DNA from: Spongospora subterranea f. sp. subterranea
Lineage: Eukaryota
Direction of reading: 5' to 3'
DNA length: 64,000 nucleotides
Assembly: GCA_049724395.1 (NCBI GenBank)
Contig: JAUGWO010000064.1
Span: 186,001-250,000 of the forward strand
Shown: positions 12,610-23,847 of the stretch, in pieces
Position numbering within the stretch: position 1 is the stretch's first letter
How the letters are laid out: each line of letters opens with the position of its first letter
Notes under the pieces: model-generated
The model's database searches: none
What the model saw: only the letters and a program-made list of their open reading frames with translations
Told to the model about the DNA's origin: nothing
Program-made: the position numbers and the translations under genes

Positions 12610-14303
12610 TTCATGATCCCGTGGCCAATCACCATCCAGTCGAAGATTTCGTCGTTTTTGAAGCACTCCGATGTTTGCTGACCTGAAAGAATCCGCCAGA
12701 CATTTTCAATCGGATTCCGTCAAGGTGCAGGTTTATGGCGCTCCTCCTGGTCATGCGCTTCAGCATCGGATTGCCGCTATTGTAGGTCCGGATTACATCT
12801 GGCAAAGGGACTCGTTCAAGATGGTTGGTGGGTAAGTCGTAGATATCACCAATTTCAGGTTTTCATTCGGTGGTTCTAGTCGACGACTCTGGATGGGGTG
12901 AATCTGTCGTCGATTTTGGCGATAATATCCAAGATGAATGGATGGTGGTGTACTGTCTCAGGCAGCTGACCACAGATTTCCCAAATATGGTGTCCAGAGT
13001 AGTTGATGATGATGGTCAGTTTCTTCTGATAGAGGCCGCCAATGTTCTGCCTGATTGGGCGGCACCGGAGATATGTGAAAATCGTACTTTTCTTTATCAG
13101 GGTTCCGTGCATATAATTCCACCGACTTTTCAGGTATTATTTGATGCTTTCCTACGCTAACTTTTTGTAATCATTGAGTGCAGATCAACTCGAATTCTCA
13201 AGCGATTAACATCATTCGACAATATGCTGAGCAAACCATATCTGTTGCCGTGAATGTTGCGATTTCAAACCGTCTCAACAATTTCCACAATATTGCTATC
13301 GAATCGTGCCAGCATTTTAGTCGTTGTATGCTGCATTCTGACGCGTGCGCGCTTCTGGATGAGTATCCATGGCTCATCACCCCAATTGTTGAATCCTTTT
13401 ATCATCGCGATCCTCTGGATGTTCGTGCGGGCTCACGAATGGCGACGTTCACGCCGACAACAAATAACGCTAGGTGGCGAAGTGTGAGGTTTACCAGGTG
13501 TTCATTTGCGCAGATGGAATCACAAAGATTCGTGACTCCCCGTGTATTCAACGCCTGGAGACCAAACGATAAAGAACAACTCAACGATTTCGAACGTGGG
13601 GTCAAGGTTATGAATGGTAATCTACATTTGCACATCGCGAAATAGGTTGTCATTGAAATAATTCATAGGATTTGAAATGCTCGTGAGAAATCAGGTACAG
13701 ATGATAGCGAAAGCGACCGCGCGTGGCGAAGCCATCGTCGGAGGACAGATAATCACTGATCCAGAAACGGGACGAACGATTCCAGAATTGATTGAGTCTG
13801 TGTCTGGAAATCGTATAGAGCGAGAGCTGTTCGAAAGCATAAGGAATGACGACGCGTCAGTATGGATGAATATTACTGAGAGTAGTCTCGACGACATAGC
13901 ATCTCCTTATTTGATGGGAACCAAGACTGGCAGCTCAGTAGATCCGTCAAAAATTGTGCAATCGATGCATTCGTTTCTGTCCGACATGTCCGGCATTGAG
14001 GGGGCTGACGTCGTTGACGAGAATACTCCAATCTCGTTCAACATGAACTCATTTACGAATGTGTTCGCCAGTGATGAAGACGAAGGGTTTTATCAGGATA
14101 GCGAGGAGTGTAGCAGCGACGAGGAACTAGCTGAATATCAGGAGAATCTTGAGGATGAAATGGGCCTGAAACCAGTTGATGTTGATCTCAATCTGATGAA
14201 GAACCTGTTGGAATCATTTAAGGCCCAAGCTGGAATGCCAGGACCAGCATCAACGCTGCTGTCGAGCTTTGGAATCAATGTGCCTGATGATAGCGATGAT
14301 TGA
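12610..14303 (+). CDS. ECD: Ecdysoneless/SGT1 homolog (multi-exon; 5' end approximate)
   Basis: FGDNIQDEWMVVYCL..DDDGQFLLIEAANVLPDW..PE..ENRTFLYQGSVHII; RFTRCSFAQMESQRF; C-terminal PVDVDLNLMKNLLESFKAQAGMPGPASTLL. Confidence 0.92.
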
Positions 14304-14387
14304 TTTAAAAACTATGTGATATATTTGTTGTATCGCCCAAACATAATTATCAATGAAAAGTATTATTTCCCACTTTATTTACCGTAA

Positions 14388-15127
14388 TTAGTCGAGCTTG
14401 AGCTGGAATTTTTCGTGCTTGGTGCCGTATTTAGTGATGAGATAGATATCGACTTCATCACCAGTGTATATGTCGCGTTCACCAATGGAACTGAATACAT
14501 CCTTGACAAGTGTGACAGTCTCGTCTGCGTTCAACACCTTCTTGTTTGATGGGTGGGATTTGAATTCTACCTGATTATCAAGAATGGAGGTTGCTAATGC
14601 AGCACCAGAAGCCTTGAACATTATAGGGAATGCGCTCAAAGGACCCAATAGCATCATATCCATATACAGCGCCTTTGCCTTCAATATCAAGACCTCCGAC
14701 CACATTGAAAGTGTAATATGGGAAAAATCGTCGAGAGTATAAGTTTGTTGAGATCAACTGGGCGATAGCTGGCGTACTCATAGAGGTTCCATGTCTGGAA
14801 AATACAGTTAAGTCAGTTGATTGAACCACATTCAGGAACGGCGATGTACGTGTGCTCATATTCGGTTAATTGTGCTGAAAGCAATTTGTGAAAAGAATCC
14901 CGATCAGCAGCCATTCCGGCCGTGGCAACAACGGTGAAATCCGTCAGAGCTACAGCCTTTCCCACCGTTCGGGACATGATTGAGTATCCGGTTGACATTC
15001 GGGTATCACACGCGATAACACAGAAATCGGCGCCGGCAACGGCCATGGCGGTTCCGCCATTGACCACATACGGCGACCACGAACGGCCATGAACCTCCCG
15101 AGGACATGTCAGATGCGACGCCAACAT
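14388..15127 (-). CDS. PSMB1: 20S proteasome subunit beta type-1 (beta6/PRE7)
   Basis: [72 protein letters not shown]. One intron at ~14795-14850 and an apparent 1-nt insertion near 14610. Confidence 0.95.
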
Positions 15128-15314
15128 GTTCAAAAGGGTATATGAGTATTAGACGATAGGGAATATGGTCTTTTATTCCCCACTGTAATAGGTTATAACG
15201 TACAGTAACAGGTTACCCAACTGTAACATGGGCTGCGCTCGATCCAGCCTTATGGGAACTGAGGGACCGGATATGTGTACACTGTACGACTGTGGGTAAC
15301 AGAAACAGGTTGCG

Positions 15315-15405
15315 CCAGTGGCGACATCACCAACATCTCTCGTCATTTGTTGATTATCGCCAGCGGCGACATCACCAACATCTCGTCATTTGTTAACTAT
15401 CGCCA
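15315..15405. repeat. Tandem duplication of about 44 bp
   Basis: GCCAG(T/C)GGCGACATCACCAACATCTC..GTCATTTGTT..TATC occurs twice. Confidence 0.85.
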
Positions 15406-15887
15406 TCTGCTTGTGAGGGCAACCACAGCACCGTCATGCATTTTTTTTACTTAATCCAGCAAGGCCACAGCTTACAGTCTATTCATTTTTCTGAAGCCTT
15501 TGAAGCATTTGAAATCGTGGCGCCGACTTTGTTTCCTAAATCTTGGACGGCTAGGTTGAGATTTTCCTCCTACAGATGGACGAATTTCAGGAACGTCCAG
15601 TGGGCGTTCGTTTTGGAGCACGTTTAATTTATTTCCAACAAGTCAATAAGTAGGTGTTGATGAAACGGTCGAGACACTCCACGTTCGGGAACCAGTCGAA
15701 TGGGTGTTAATGGAATTTTCGCTTTTTTGATTTCAGTACGAATCGAAAAGTTATGCTGTACCCATTGTACCTGCAGACCGTGCATACGCAGCGGGAATCA
15801 GATTAGGGGTTTTTTCTCCAGCCGCTTACACTCGGGAAACTATGTGTATATGACGGCGAACTGTTAACCAGAAGTGATTTCACTTTA

Positions 15888-17036
15888 TTACGATTGAAGA
15901 TATTCCTCCAGGGTTGGCGGTTCAACATCGGAAAAGGCACTAATCTGATTTTCCACTGCGAATGCACGTCCTGCAGTACATAAGCAGTGTTCCCACCAGA
16001 AACTCTTTGGCAATAGGTTGCAGCATCATCACCTTCCTCTTCTTACTGAAGTCAAGAAAGGCAAACACTCCCTTCAACAATCCGAAAGACCACTCACTCG
16101 ACCGCCTCCCGGACGGCAGACATTCTTGCGTCAAACCTCTGCTGTTTTGTGTTGAGTTGCGCCCCGACGAAGCCAGACATCAAATTCAATATTGCCATTC
16201 GCCGGATCTCCGTACATGACTTTTCCCTTCAACGATTGCACTGTAGAAAAGCGTTCGAGAATTCCAGATCGCAACAGCATGGTACTGTCGTGGCGACATT
16301 CCACACATGGATCCGCCATCGAGATGATTAAACCATCCAGGGTGGTGATTCCCTGAAAGTTCAACCCATGCCAACGCTTGTGCCCGGAATAGAGTTCCCG
16401 TTGTAAGTTTCTCGTCGATTGGGGCGGGCTGATAGGCGGCAGCAGAAATATTTTGTGTCGTCGATAAATCCGAAACAGTTCTGTATTGGAGCTCCTGGTA
16501 AAGAACAAGGTCAGTAATAAAATGATATATTCACTGTTTTTTTACCTTTGTCGGCAATGACTTTACAATATGATTCAACACGAATTTCCATTAATGTGTC
16601 CAGCCAGAAAAATGTTCTCCCAATGTATCAAGCACAGTTGTTCAACAACGTGAGAGATTATTCGGAACAGGGAGATTTTGACCTCCCAAACACCTGCTGG
16701 ATGTCTTTCAACCTGGGACACACAGCTGGTATTAGGTCTGTTAAATACAGGTTTGATGCATTTCAACCTGCTTGGATAGGCCAGTCGAAAGAGAAGCATT
16801 GCCAGCCCATCATCCCGCGATATCACGTCATTCTCAGATGTGACGATTGTTTTTCTAGCAATTGTAAACGCCTCAGCTAAAACATAAATCTCGCTCCGTC
16901 TCAAACGGAAATCTTCTCCAGAATCCGACTCAAACATGTCGGCGATATTTCTCTGTTGCAACTGTCGACGACGCTGTGATATCCAGCGTACATGTTGCAG
17001 AATTATTGCAACAGCCACGAAAACCACGTCCTCCAT
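15888..17036 (-). mobile_element. PIF/Harbinger-like (ISL2EU-type, DDE_Tnp_4) transposase pseudogene
   Basis: LLFRLAYPSRL; YSGHKRWHGLNFQGITTLDGLI..RHDSTML; VMYGDPA; EWSFGLLKGVFAFLDF; PPTLEEYL. Several frameshifts. Confidence 0.85.
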
Positions 17037-18305
17037 TGGATTTGAAACACAAAGTGCAGATTTGGGTAAAATAAACTCCTATTTGTTCAACGCCCGTCCA
17101 ATTGGAAGAGCTCTACGTACTATGGAAGCAAATTCGAAATATCTGGAAAATTCAACTCCGAAACGTTTTATGACTGGCTCTGCTTTCCTATTTCCGGAAT
17201 TGGAAAAACAAAATGGAAAAACGATGGCGAAACGCCTATGTGACGGAGTGTACTGTATTTCCTTTTTTCGAAAAACGAATTACGAAAGTGAACCGAAAAC
17301 TCTCTATTGTCGTCTCTATCTTTCCTGATACGGCGCCGGTTTTTTGTAATGATATCCGATTGCGAGCGTCATATCATGACAAGAAACCGGTGCACTTTAT
17401 ATCGAGTAAATGTACGGGCCGATGTTATCCACCAGTGCCCGTTTTTGAAAGACCCATTTCGCCGGTTTCAACGAGTTATACTGCTTGGCCTTGTGGCGAC
17501 ACATGGCCGGGAACAGTCATCTCGTCAATGGAAATAACCTGACTGTCAGGATTCCAACTTTTCGTAAAACGGCGAAACTCATAGAAGGTATCTTGTTGCC
17601 AAAACCTTTTCTGAAACACATAATGTGTCTACACAATGTAAACATGTCCAAATGTCGTTGAAGCCCGCCATATCAGGGAAGGTAGAAATGACAAACTCGT
17701 CACCGAAACAAGTGTCCCAGTAGTCGTTGCAGTTCAACCTCATACTGTGCCCATTGTTTATCAGGATTGGCCAACCATCACCGCAAAACTGTTCGGCATC
17801 GTCAACCTTATAGTACCGAGTTTCGGGGCGAGCTGGCTCTGTGCTGTAAATGATGGCCATTCGGGCGAGAGTTGTTCCTGACGAAAACCAGATGAGCATC
17901 GATACGACTGGATGGGCATTCCATCAACACGACCGAATGACAACGAGATCTATCTCGTGGCCCTTGACGATGGATCGTGAGTAAACCCTAACATTATCCA
18001 ACGGCAACTGAATTGGGTAAGATAAACCGTTGAACGTCAAAGCATTGCGTTCGATGATGACGATGCGCAAAGCGAGATCCAGCCAGACTGAATTGGTTTC
18101 CCAGATTCGATTATCAGCACAGGTCTTCCATAGACCATCCGTGTCATTGAATGTCATTCCTTGTTCGTCAGTCCATTATAGATGATTCCTTGACCAGGTA
18201 TTCGCAATGATTTCATCTGGGCGCTGATTGGACACGGTGCTCCCCATCATCGAGTGAAACCGGTCGGCGCAAAACGTTCTGTTTTCCTTTAATATGTTCA
18301 AAAAT

Positions 18306-18560
18306 CTAGGGTATCGCGGCAACCTGGAAGTGCCAGCGTTCAAGTCGATCAGCTGTATTTTGAGCGAGATCAGCGCTGGGGTTGGGGTTGTATTGATGAG
18401 ATACGGTGAGGCGTAAATACAATGGCATAGGCGTTGATCGAATAAGGAAATGTCGGAGACGAAATATTCCTTTCATGATGGGACAGCCTTCCTTATCTAT
18501 AATGGCCCAGCGAAGACGGTTCGCTCGGAAGATGTCAGGAAAACCGGCCAAGGGCTCGTG
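18306..18560 (-). mobile_element. Isolated Ty3/gypsy RNase H fragment
   Basis: FRANRLRWAIIDKEGCPIMKGIFRLRHFL..TADRLERW is homologous to FRANSLRWAIIEKEAYPIIEGIFRLRHFL / TADRLERW at ~48740-48950. Confidence 0.85.
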
Positions 18561-19669
18561 TGTCTAAGAGCTCTTCACGTGAGGATCAAATAATTACTGT
18601 GGGAAATCCCGTTTGTAAACTGCTGCCGAATTGCTGATGTTGTGGGGCCAACTGTGCAGAAATGTCCATTGGTAATTCGAGTTTTCGATTTATATGGCTA
18701 ATCCACGTTGTTCTCAGATTGAATAACCGGATTGTGAGGCCGATTTTTGATTGTGTCGACCGCACATTGAAGATACAGGCAAAAATACGAAAGCCCTTCC
18801 CAACGTTTTAGATGCAATTCCTAGCTGTCAATCGAGGTTTCAACGTTCGGTGGAGAATGGCTAATGGTATACAAACGCAGTCCAACGTCGGATTCCTGAC
18901 CGAACCCGTGAACAGTTTCCTTTTCAAGAGGCAGGTCTTGGTTCTTTATGATGAAATCGGTTCCGGGATTCACGTGCAGAGGTCGCAGCGTTCGGCCTCA
19001 ATGCGTTTGTTCTTTTCCGAAGTTGCCGATCTCAAATGAACGTGCAAATACTACGACATTGTCGGCGCCAAAAGCCTGAAATGTGACCCCTAATTATTGT
19101 ACAGCTCACGACGAACTTGATTTCATCATGTTTGTTGAGGCTGGCGAACCAAATCAGCTGAGAACATGGCTGAAATGTCTGAAAGTGATGAGGTTGCTAG
19201 AGCAAGAGCAATTCCATAGGTGTCTCGAGACCTAATGAGCGATCATTGATTATTGGTTCATGGCCAATGTTGATACCCTCATATTACTCGAACCCCATTG
19301 TTTGTTGCTGCAGGGTCAATCATATGTGGAGGATTTTTAGACGACAACACTGTTGAGACGCGGCAGAAGGATCGAATACCCCACGATTGAGACACCCATT
19401 CCCGAGTCGCCACAACGTGGCAGCAAGCGAGGACCCGCGAAAACTGCTCCAGAATGTTCATCTCCTTCACTACATTCGACTAAACAACGGCCGATGTCGG
19501 GGCGGAACATTGTTTCCTTAAAACGACACGAGTGTCGTCTCCTGTGAAGTTTCACAGCGGTGATTCCAAGTATTTCTACTGATTTTGGTGAATTTGATCA
19601 GTCGCACAGGACGTATTAACTATACTAGTTCATTCCATTCCAATGATAATTCAGTAAACGGGGGATGTA

Positions 19670-20550
19670 TTACACAGTTTGCTCGTCCTTAAGACCATCC
19701 CTGTAGCTTCGAATATTGTTGAACGCGTTCCCTGCCGAATACATTATGAACTTAGATGGCACTAATTCGGAACTAGTCAGAATGTTTTTATTGGCATCGG
19801 AACCGCGCCATCCGACGTAAATCTTGGGATCACAATCGACCGTCTGATCGGTCACAACTGATCCGGTCGAGTTGGAGAAACACGTATCTTTCACGACCGA
19901 GCAGAACCCTGACGATGGCGACACAAACGATGAAGGTCAGAGTGTTGACGATGGTGAACACAACACGAACATTACCTGCCACACAATCGGTACTACCGGT
20001 TGAACAGCCATAACAGCCATCGTCCCATACGATATCGGTCACGACCCCTTCTTTCACCAGGATCACGGCCGTGAAGAACGGGACGACCCTGATCGCCGGC
20101 TGGTAATCGGGATTCAGGGGATCCGATGGGTCGGATTGCATCCAGGGCTTATCCCCCCTGTACTGATTGCTGTCGTCGACAGGCGCCTCAGGGTCGATCT
20201 GATAAGGGCTGGCACCGTTGATCTGGATGTTGATCATTGTTGAATTGCCATCAGACATCAGCCTATGATCTTGAAACCCTTTGATCATGATCAAGACATT
20301 AGACCAAGAAGCAGTTGAACGCCTGTTGGAATTCCGTACCGTTTTTGATTGACAGCAGAACGAGCTGATCGACGGTCACGATATAGTTCATGTAAAAGGA
20401 GCCGATTTTTAGGCAAACGTTGGCCGGGCTGTCCTTGACGATCTGTGTCGTTGGCATCGACGACCCACACGCCAGCAGTTCCGGCTGCAATGCTGATTGG
20501 GCTGACCAGACCGCCAACGCCATGATGGCCAGACCCAGTGTCGCCGCCAT
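19670..20550 (-). CDS. Secreted Cys-rich protein resembling the plant Expp1-type uncharacterised family (about 3 exons)
   Basis: Signal-peptide-like MAATLGLAIMALAVWSAQSA; FTAVILVKEGVVTDIVWDDGCYGC; CDPKIYVGWRGSDANKNILTS..KFIMYS. Family assignment from recalled motif similarity only. Confidence 0.7.
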
Positions 20551-21081
20551 GACCGAATCTGGAGCTCTGGTCAGGGTCAACGAACGGCCTACGCCCCCGG
20601 TTTGTGGTCTGAATTGGTCTATTCCCCGATTGGGTGCAGTTGTTGGATCTGGATCCTGATTGTGGTCTGTCGCCAGATCTGTCGCCAGGTCACAGGAGGA
20701 GGAGGAGCGTGTCTGACCCCCATAATTCCCCCCCAGGGCACCAGACAATCCAGATGTATTGTCCAGCGATACAATCACCCATTTGTCAGGGATTGACCAA
20801 TATACCACATTCGATAAATACTGAATTGCTAAAAATAAAAATTACACAGTAATATCTCTCAATTCTGGACAATATCAACTTAACATGATGATTTTCGCGA
20901 CGACAAGTTCATATAAAAATTGTCCACGAATAATGACCTGATAAATCGCATAAAATCCCCAAATATTGTCTGTTCTATATTTCAGTCGATCAATAACTGA
21001 TCCGCATCTTTTTGAGGATAATCAATTCGGCCAATGATCACGTGGAGCGGATAGCGATTGTGTTGGGCGTTTGGCGCTTGA

Positions 21082-21652
21082 ATGGAGTTCGTCAACGTCG
21101 GCGCGCACTGTGCTGATCAGGTCTGCAGGCAGCAGGATTTCATCCCGTTCCAATGCGATGGATGCCATAAGGTCAGGACGGTTCGTCTTTCTGCATCCCC
21201 AATTCACGGGCCCCGTTTAGTGGTTTTGCCTTCATCATCGAACGTACAAATCGCATCATTGCCCCAACGCTCTGCAGAAATCGTTGCATATTGTGTTGTG
21301 CCCGTTGTGCGATCAGACCTTCCGAGTTTACCACGAACAGCAACCTGATGCTATTGTTAATGAGCATATCAGGATGAACGGCTGCCAAACACATCGAAGG
21401 AAGGTCGCGATCAAGAGGAAAAATGACAGATGTCGGGCCAAAGGGTGTCAGGCGTCTGCATTGACTTTCAAATGTCAATTGTGTCAAAAGGCGGTATGTG
21501 TTAATCACAGGTACAAATAATAACGGCTGGGTAAAGTGATGAACGGGATCATAAATATTCGGTATAGGTTTCCGGAGGATCATTCGTGTTCAAATTCGAG
21601 AGCAACGGCTTCAACCTCCGCTCCTACCACCTCATTCTGTACGATTTCTTAG
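21082..21652 (+). CDS. AN1-type zinc finger protein (ZFAND2/AIRAP/Cuz1-like), 3 exons, C-terminal CaaX
   Basis: MEFVNVGAHCADQVCRQQDFIPFQCDGCHK-WFCLHHRTYKSHHCP; CPLC; second AN1 finger RCRAKGC..FKCQLCQKAVCVNHRFPEDHSC; ends CTIS*. Confidence 0.88.
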
Positions 21653-23847
21653 GCCAAAATTACACCTTCAACACGATTACGAATCGGAGTTGCCCCAACG
21701 AATATAACGTCGGAGGTCCGTTCTGAATTATTGTTTAATTAAAACTGACGAAAGCGTTTACAAAACAACTCCTTTTTCTTGAGACGACATGTCCATTGGC
21801 AGTAGCGCCATCGAAATTGTTGTCGACTACTGCCTTGAAATGGTGGCGCCCGATGGGTAAATCCCCATGTGCAAAGGTTGGGCAGCGCTGTTATTTGATG
21901 AGTTCCATGGGTAGATACTGATCTACCGAAATTCAAAAACTGGATTCCAATTAAAGGTGGGCTCCCCGCCATTGAACGGGAGTAATGATTTCATTGATTG
22001 TGAACGGCAGATAACCCTGGGTTTCGGCCTTGAAGGCGTTCTGAACTAAGGGCCAGATCCACTGTCCATCGACGACTGCAACTCGACGAATTTGCTGTTT
22101 TTCAGGTAATATCCTTTTGAGATCTTGTCATTTTTGGAATCGCTGGTGGACAGTGGATCTAGCCCTTTCCTTCACCACAGAAAACAATCCTTTGTGTTCA
22201 AACCAAAAATTGAAATCCGATGAGGACAGTCTGCCCTCGATACAATGCTTTTTCACCTCTAAAGGCGTTCATCGGCCCAGGTATTCTCAAACTCCAACCA
22301 GATACACTCTCCCGATTGTTCCCGACGGAATCTCTTCAAGATACTTATCAGTTCCAACCTTACACTCATCATTTGACACAATCTTCCCATCGTGAAACCG
22401 GCTGGCCCTGTGTCGACAGCTGATAAATGTAATTCAACGTCGTGCTCTGTATGGTCTGACCTAGTCATGAAAGTATCGAATACGATTTTGCTTTTTGTCA
22501 TTTTATAATGGAGACGCTTCTTCGGGTCATGAAGTTGTTCTTTCGGACACGCTGGAAGGATGTTCACGCCATCCCGGCAAAGGCGCGTTCATCTATTTCG
22601 ACCCATTGTCCGACCAAGACATTTCTGTGTGCAAGACGCATCAAAATTTGATCGCCACCTTAATTCATTGGTGATGACAGGAAGCTTGGACAGTTCCAGC
22701 GGCATTGCCGCCAACTTCAGGTGCACGAACTTAAAAGTAAGCACCGCGGTTCTTGCATTATCATCCCCTGAATGTGTTCGGTGTGAAAATCGAAATTTTT
22801 CACCGTCGCGAGCAAACAAAGTTCAGCCTACATCCATCAGTCGAACGAAAAAGCGAACGGGAGCAACAATACGCTGGCTTCGTTGAGACTAAAAGACCCT
22901 AAGAGAAAGAAGTAACCGCACAAATCTCTCGCTTGCCCGTTGCCAACAATGCATCAAACTCAAACAAACATTGATTAGGCTCTTGATAGAAAAAGTCATT
23001 TGCATGCATATTCAGAACGTCTGGCGTGAATTGGATGATCAGTTGCGGTCAAATTTATACTGATAACACACCGGCACGTGATTGAAATATCAAAATGGGT
23101 TAACAAGTTCTCCATACAGTTCAGACTCCTCAGGGACCAAGATTACAAAAATCGACGAGGCAACTGTACAGTGGATTGAAAACGCAGACTTGCCCCAGTT
23201 GCCCGAGACGTCAATTGTCGTGGAGCAATGGACAATTGCAAAGTTCAGACTGGTGATCATTTGTTTTTGATTGAATGAGTGGTTGATACAATTGTGTGTG
23301 TATCCACATAAAGTTCCAGAAATTCAGCTGGCCACTTTCATGAAGAGGTGGCCGAGCTGGGGGTTCGGAATAGTTTTCAACTAGCAAAAATCGCTCATCG
23401 GTTTGCACCTCATTTGATGCGATATTGCCTCCTGTGCAAGGATAACTCATCTATCCCAACCCATCACGCTTATATAGCGATTGGACGCGGAACAATGATT
23501 ATGGGACCTCCATGACTGCTGTGTATGTACATACACAAGCATTGCTGACTGAGAGGGCCATTTTTGGTCTCCGGATAACCACTCCGCGCCACGGCACACT
23601 GACCCAGTTCGAGACCTCGAGAGTCGAGTGTCCGACGTGCCCCGTTGAGTGTATGAGCCAGTATATGGCTGCGTCCCCTCCTCTGTTATCGGTATGTACA
23701 TGATATAGCTGATAACGGAAAGGCCTCTCATTGGGATCTCTCATCGCCACATATTCAGTTACACCTGTAATAAGGGATTTCAGTTACCAGGGCTCATCAA
23801 CTACAAAAACATCATATCATATTTAATTTGACAATCATTAGTCGTTG

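Noticed and set aside
18812..19236. In-frame TGA read-through or selenoprotein in a PH-like gene
   Set aside because: The frame after the TGA closes at TAA 19091, and a branch point/acceptor at ~19090-19104 suggests ordinary splicing. The gene identity is too weak to call.
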